Source: Craspedostauros australis
Taxonomy: Eukaryota
Length of the DNA: 45,191 bases
Assembly (NCBI GenBank): GCA_030167865.1
Contig: JALAGF010002785.1
Coordinates: forward strand, 1 to 45,191
Direction of reading: 5' to 3'
Each line of letters starts with the position of its first letter. Positions within the stretch are counted from its first letter, which is position 1. Under the pieces are notes generated by a model. That model searched no databases. It was not told where the DNA came from and was given only the letters and a program-made list of their open reading frames with translations. Position numbers and translations under genes: made by a program. Below are positions 43,068-45,191 of the stretch, in pieces.

Positions 43068-45191
43068 GCGCATTGCATCGCAGCACATCAAATGCATTGC
43101 GCTGTCATGTACTGTCATGTACTGACATGCACTACCGCATGTACGTTGTGTACTGCGCTGCAAAGTCCAGCGTTATGGGTCGAACTGGATGCATTTGGGG
43201 ACGTGGGGGAAGAGGGGTGGGTGAACAAATACGTGAAGGGGACAAAATAGTGAATGAACCGATACGAGTAGAGTGAACCAAACGAATGAAGGGATGGGTG
43301 CGAACCACGATCCAACGAAATGAATGAAGCATCATCGATTTCCGGAGGATACGAGCACGGACACAGATGAGGAACGTCGGTGAATTTGGTCCAGCCAAGT
43401 GCCAACGTCCTCCCTTGTGGTTGAGCATCCAGCGATAGAAAGAATGCCACGAACCGAAGATAAAGAAATAACGATAAACTGCCATCATATGAACAGCGAA
43501 AAATAAACGAGGATGGAGGATGCAGGCCTCAGTGCAAGTAGTAGTCGCAACGTGGCGGCTCTCAATTGATTTGATAATTGATTGATTGACGGTGAATGAT
43601 GGATGTGGTGACGGAAGTTGACAGATGATACCACTCACTCCACTCATTCCACTCACTCCACACTATTCACACCTCGTCGAACATGCCAATCAATGACTCG
43701 GAATGAATCTCGTCGCATGTGCCCAATCCTGTGGTTGTGAGCGTGCGGAATCGAGGAGGCGCGTGCCAATCACGTTCGTCCCTGGGTTGATGATCCACAC
43801 ACCAATCATAGTCGTGGCTCATGCTCGTAGAATGCGCGTGACCTCCTTGATGAATCATCACATGCACAGGTGAAGTCCAAGAGTCGTGCAGTGTACTCTT
43901 TTTGTTCTACTCCGCAGAATACCGCAAACGGGAGAGCCACCCACGCTGTGGAGCAAGAAATTTTGCGTGGCGAGTGATGCCCGATGGTGATCTGATGGCG
44001 TTCGAGTGCATTGCGAATAGCCGGCTGTCTCTGTCTGACATGTGGCGTACGACCGGCGATACAGCCTCTCGAAATACCCAATAGCCTTCATGAAGGAGTC
44101 ATGGGTCGGAGGCGCGAAGGCATGGTGTGGTGCGCACATTGGGTTGGGCCGAAGCAGCAAATGAACGCTGGTTGCTTTGGGCCTTGTTGGCATCTGCTCG
44201 TGCACCGGCGAGCCGTGTTCCTTTTCGTCCATGCCGATGTTGATGTCCCCTTGTTGGTCGCCTGCTCTGTTGCTTGGTTGTGGTTGTGGAAGTGGTAACG
44301 GTGGGGGTTTGGCCATCGTTGAGATCGTCCAACACCTATCATGATGTACTACATCTTGCTTCACACTTTGCTCTCCTCGAGACCGTCGATGGACTTGCAG
44401 AATAATAGTAGTCGTATTATAACAAATTGTATTTGCAACAAGTACCCTCTGATTGTGGGTCCTCTGCAAAGAGATGAGGATTGTTGTGGGCACGAGAATG
44501 TGGTCGATGTGCTGACAAGCGGCAACCCGAGGATCTCAGATCACGAGTTCTGATGGGCGGGATCGGACGCGAACACAAGAATATGTTCCGTTCACAACGA
44601 CGCACATAAGTGCTGACGTGGACTGGTGTCTGAGCAGACACGCACAACCAAACTCGCTGAGGAAGTCGGATTCGTTCCAAACCTTAGGCACATTAAGACC
44701 CGCCTGAGCGAAAATAGTACACCTTTCTCGGGAAGTCCTCTCAGATTTCCCTATAAATTTAATATGATGTTCCTCTATATGAGAAAGTGACGGATTGACT
44801 TTCCTAGAATTGCTACACTTTATATTTTATAAGTTATGAGGGCTTGAGTTGAGAAATTCCCCACAGTAGCCCGTGCTTTAGGTTTTTAGCTTTCGATCGG
44901 ACATGGATGCGACTCGTCATTGTCTTCAAGTTGGACGTCGGCGAGCGGCGAAAATGTCCTTTTTTCCTCTCTGAGACGGACTCACAGCAAGGCACTCGAA
45001 GCTGAACTCAGACGTGTCTACAGTCGTGCGAACGGATCAACATTTCGGCTGTTTTTGGCCCCAATTGATTGCACGCAGTTTCTCGCAGTGGACTTGGAAC
45101 AGGTGTGGAGGAGAAAAACTGCATCAGAATGCGATGGTACGTACGTGCACTGCGCTGTACGTACGACATTAGGATGGGATGAAGGTGCAGA

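Noticed and set aside
43667..44493. Minus-strand ORFs (MAKPPPLPLPQ...; 43667-43867)
   Set aside because: Possibly a decayed gene, but there is no motif or clear coding signal, so the evidence is insufficient.

Overview
This is eukaryotic nuclear DNA, almost certainly from a diatom or related ochrophyte. The evidence is GT-AG introns, microsatellite-rich spacers and several bipartite signal-peptide + 'ASAF'-type plastid presequences. About 15 probable genes are present. Recognisable ones are NTAN1, a Rubisco-LSMT-like SET protein, a DUF1997-like protein, a spliced plastid-type cofactor-dependent phosphoglycerate mutase, a spliced VMA21, a plastid-targeted CS/p23-domain protein, a PhyH-like 2OG-Fe(II) dioxygenase, a TPR protein and a coactosin-like ADF-H protein. 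There are also a 4-TM membrane protein, a secreted His/Lys/Ser-rich acidic protein and several low-complexity hypotheticals. The first ~5.7 kb and 8.7-10.65 kb hold no credible intact gene but carry helically phased short-repeat arrays and broken ORF remnants, possibly a decayed mobile element. I found no rRNA, tRNA, CRISPR array or intact transposase, and no clear-cut novel multi-gene system. The best leads are the phased TGTAACCAA array, a possible dual plastid/cytosol PGAM isoform design, a stop-free 306-nt intron, the secreted KXXK/His-rich protein and active-site variants in NTAN1 and the SET protein. All family calls come from motif recognition by eye; no searches were run.
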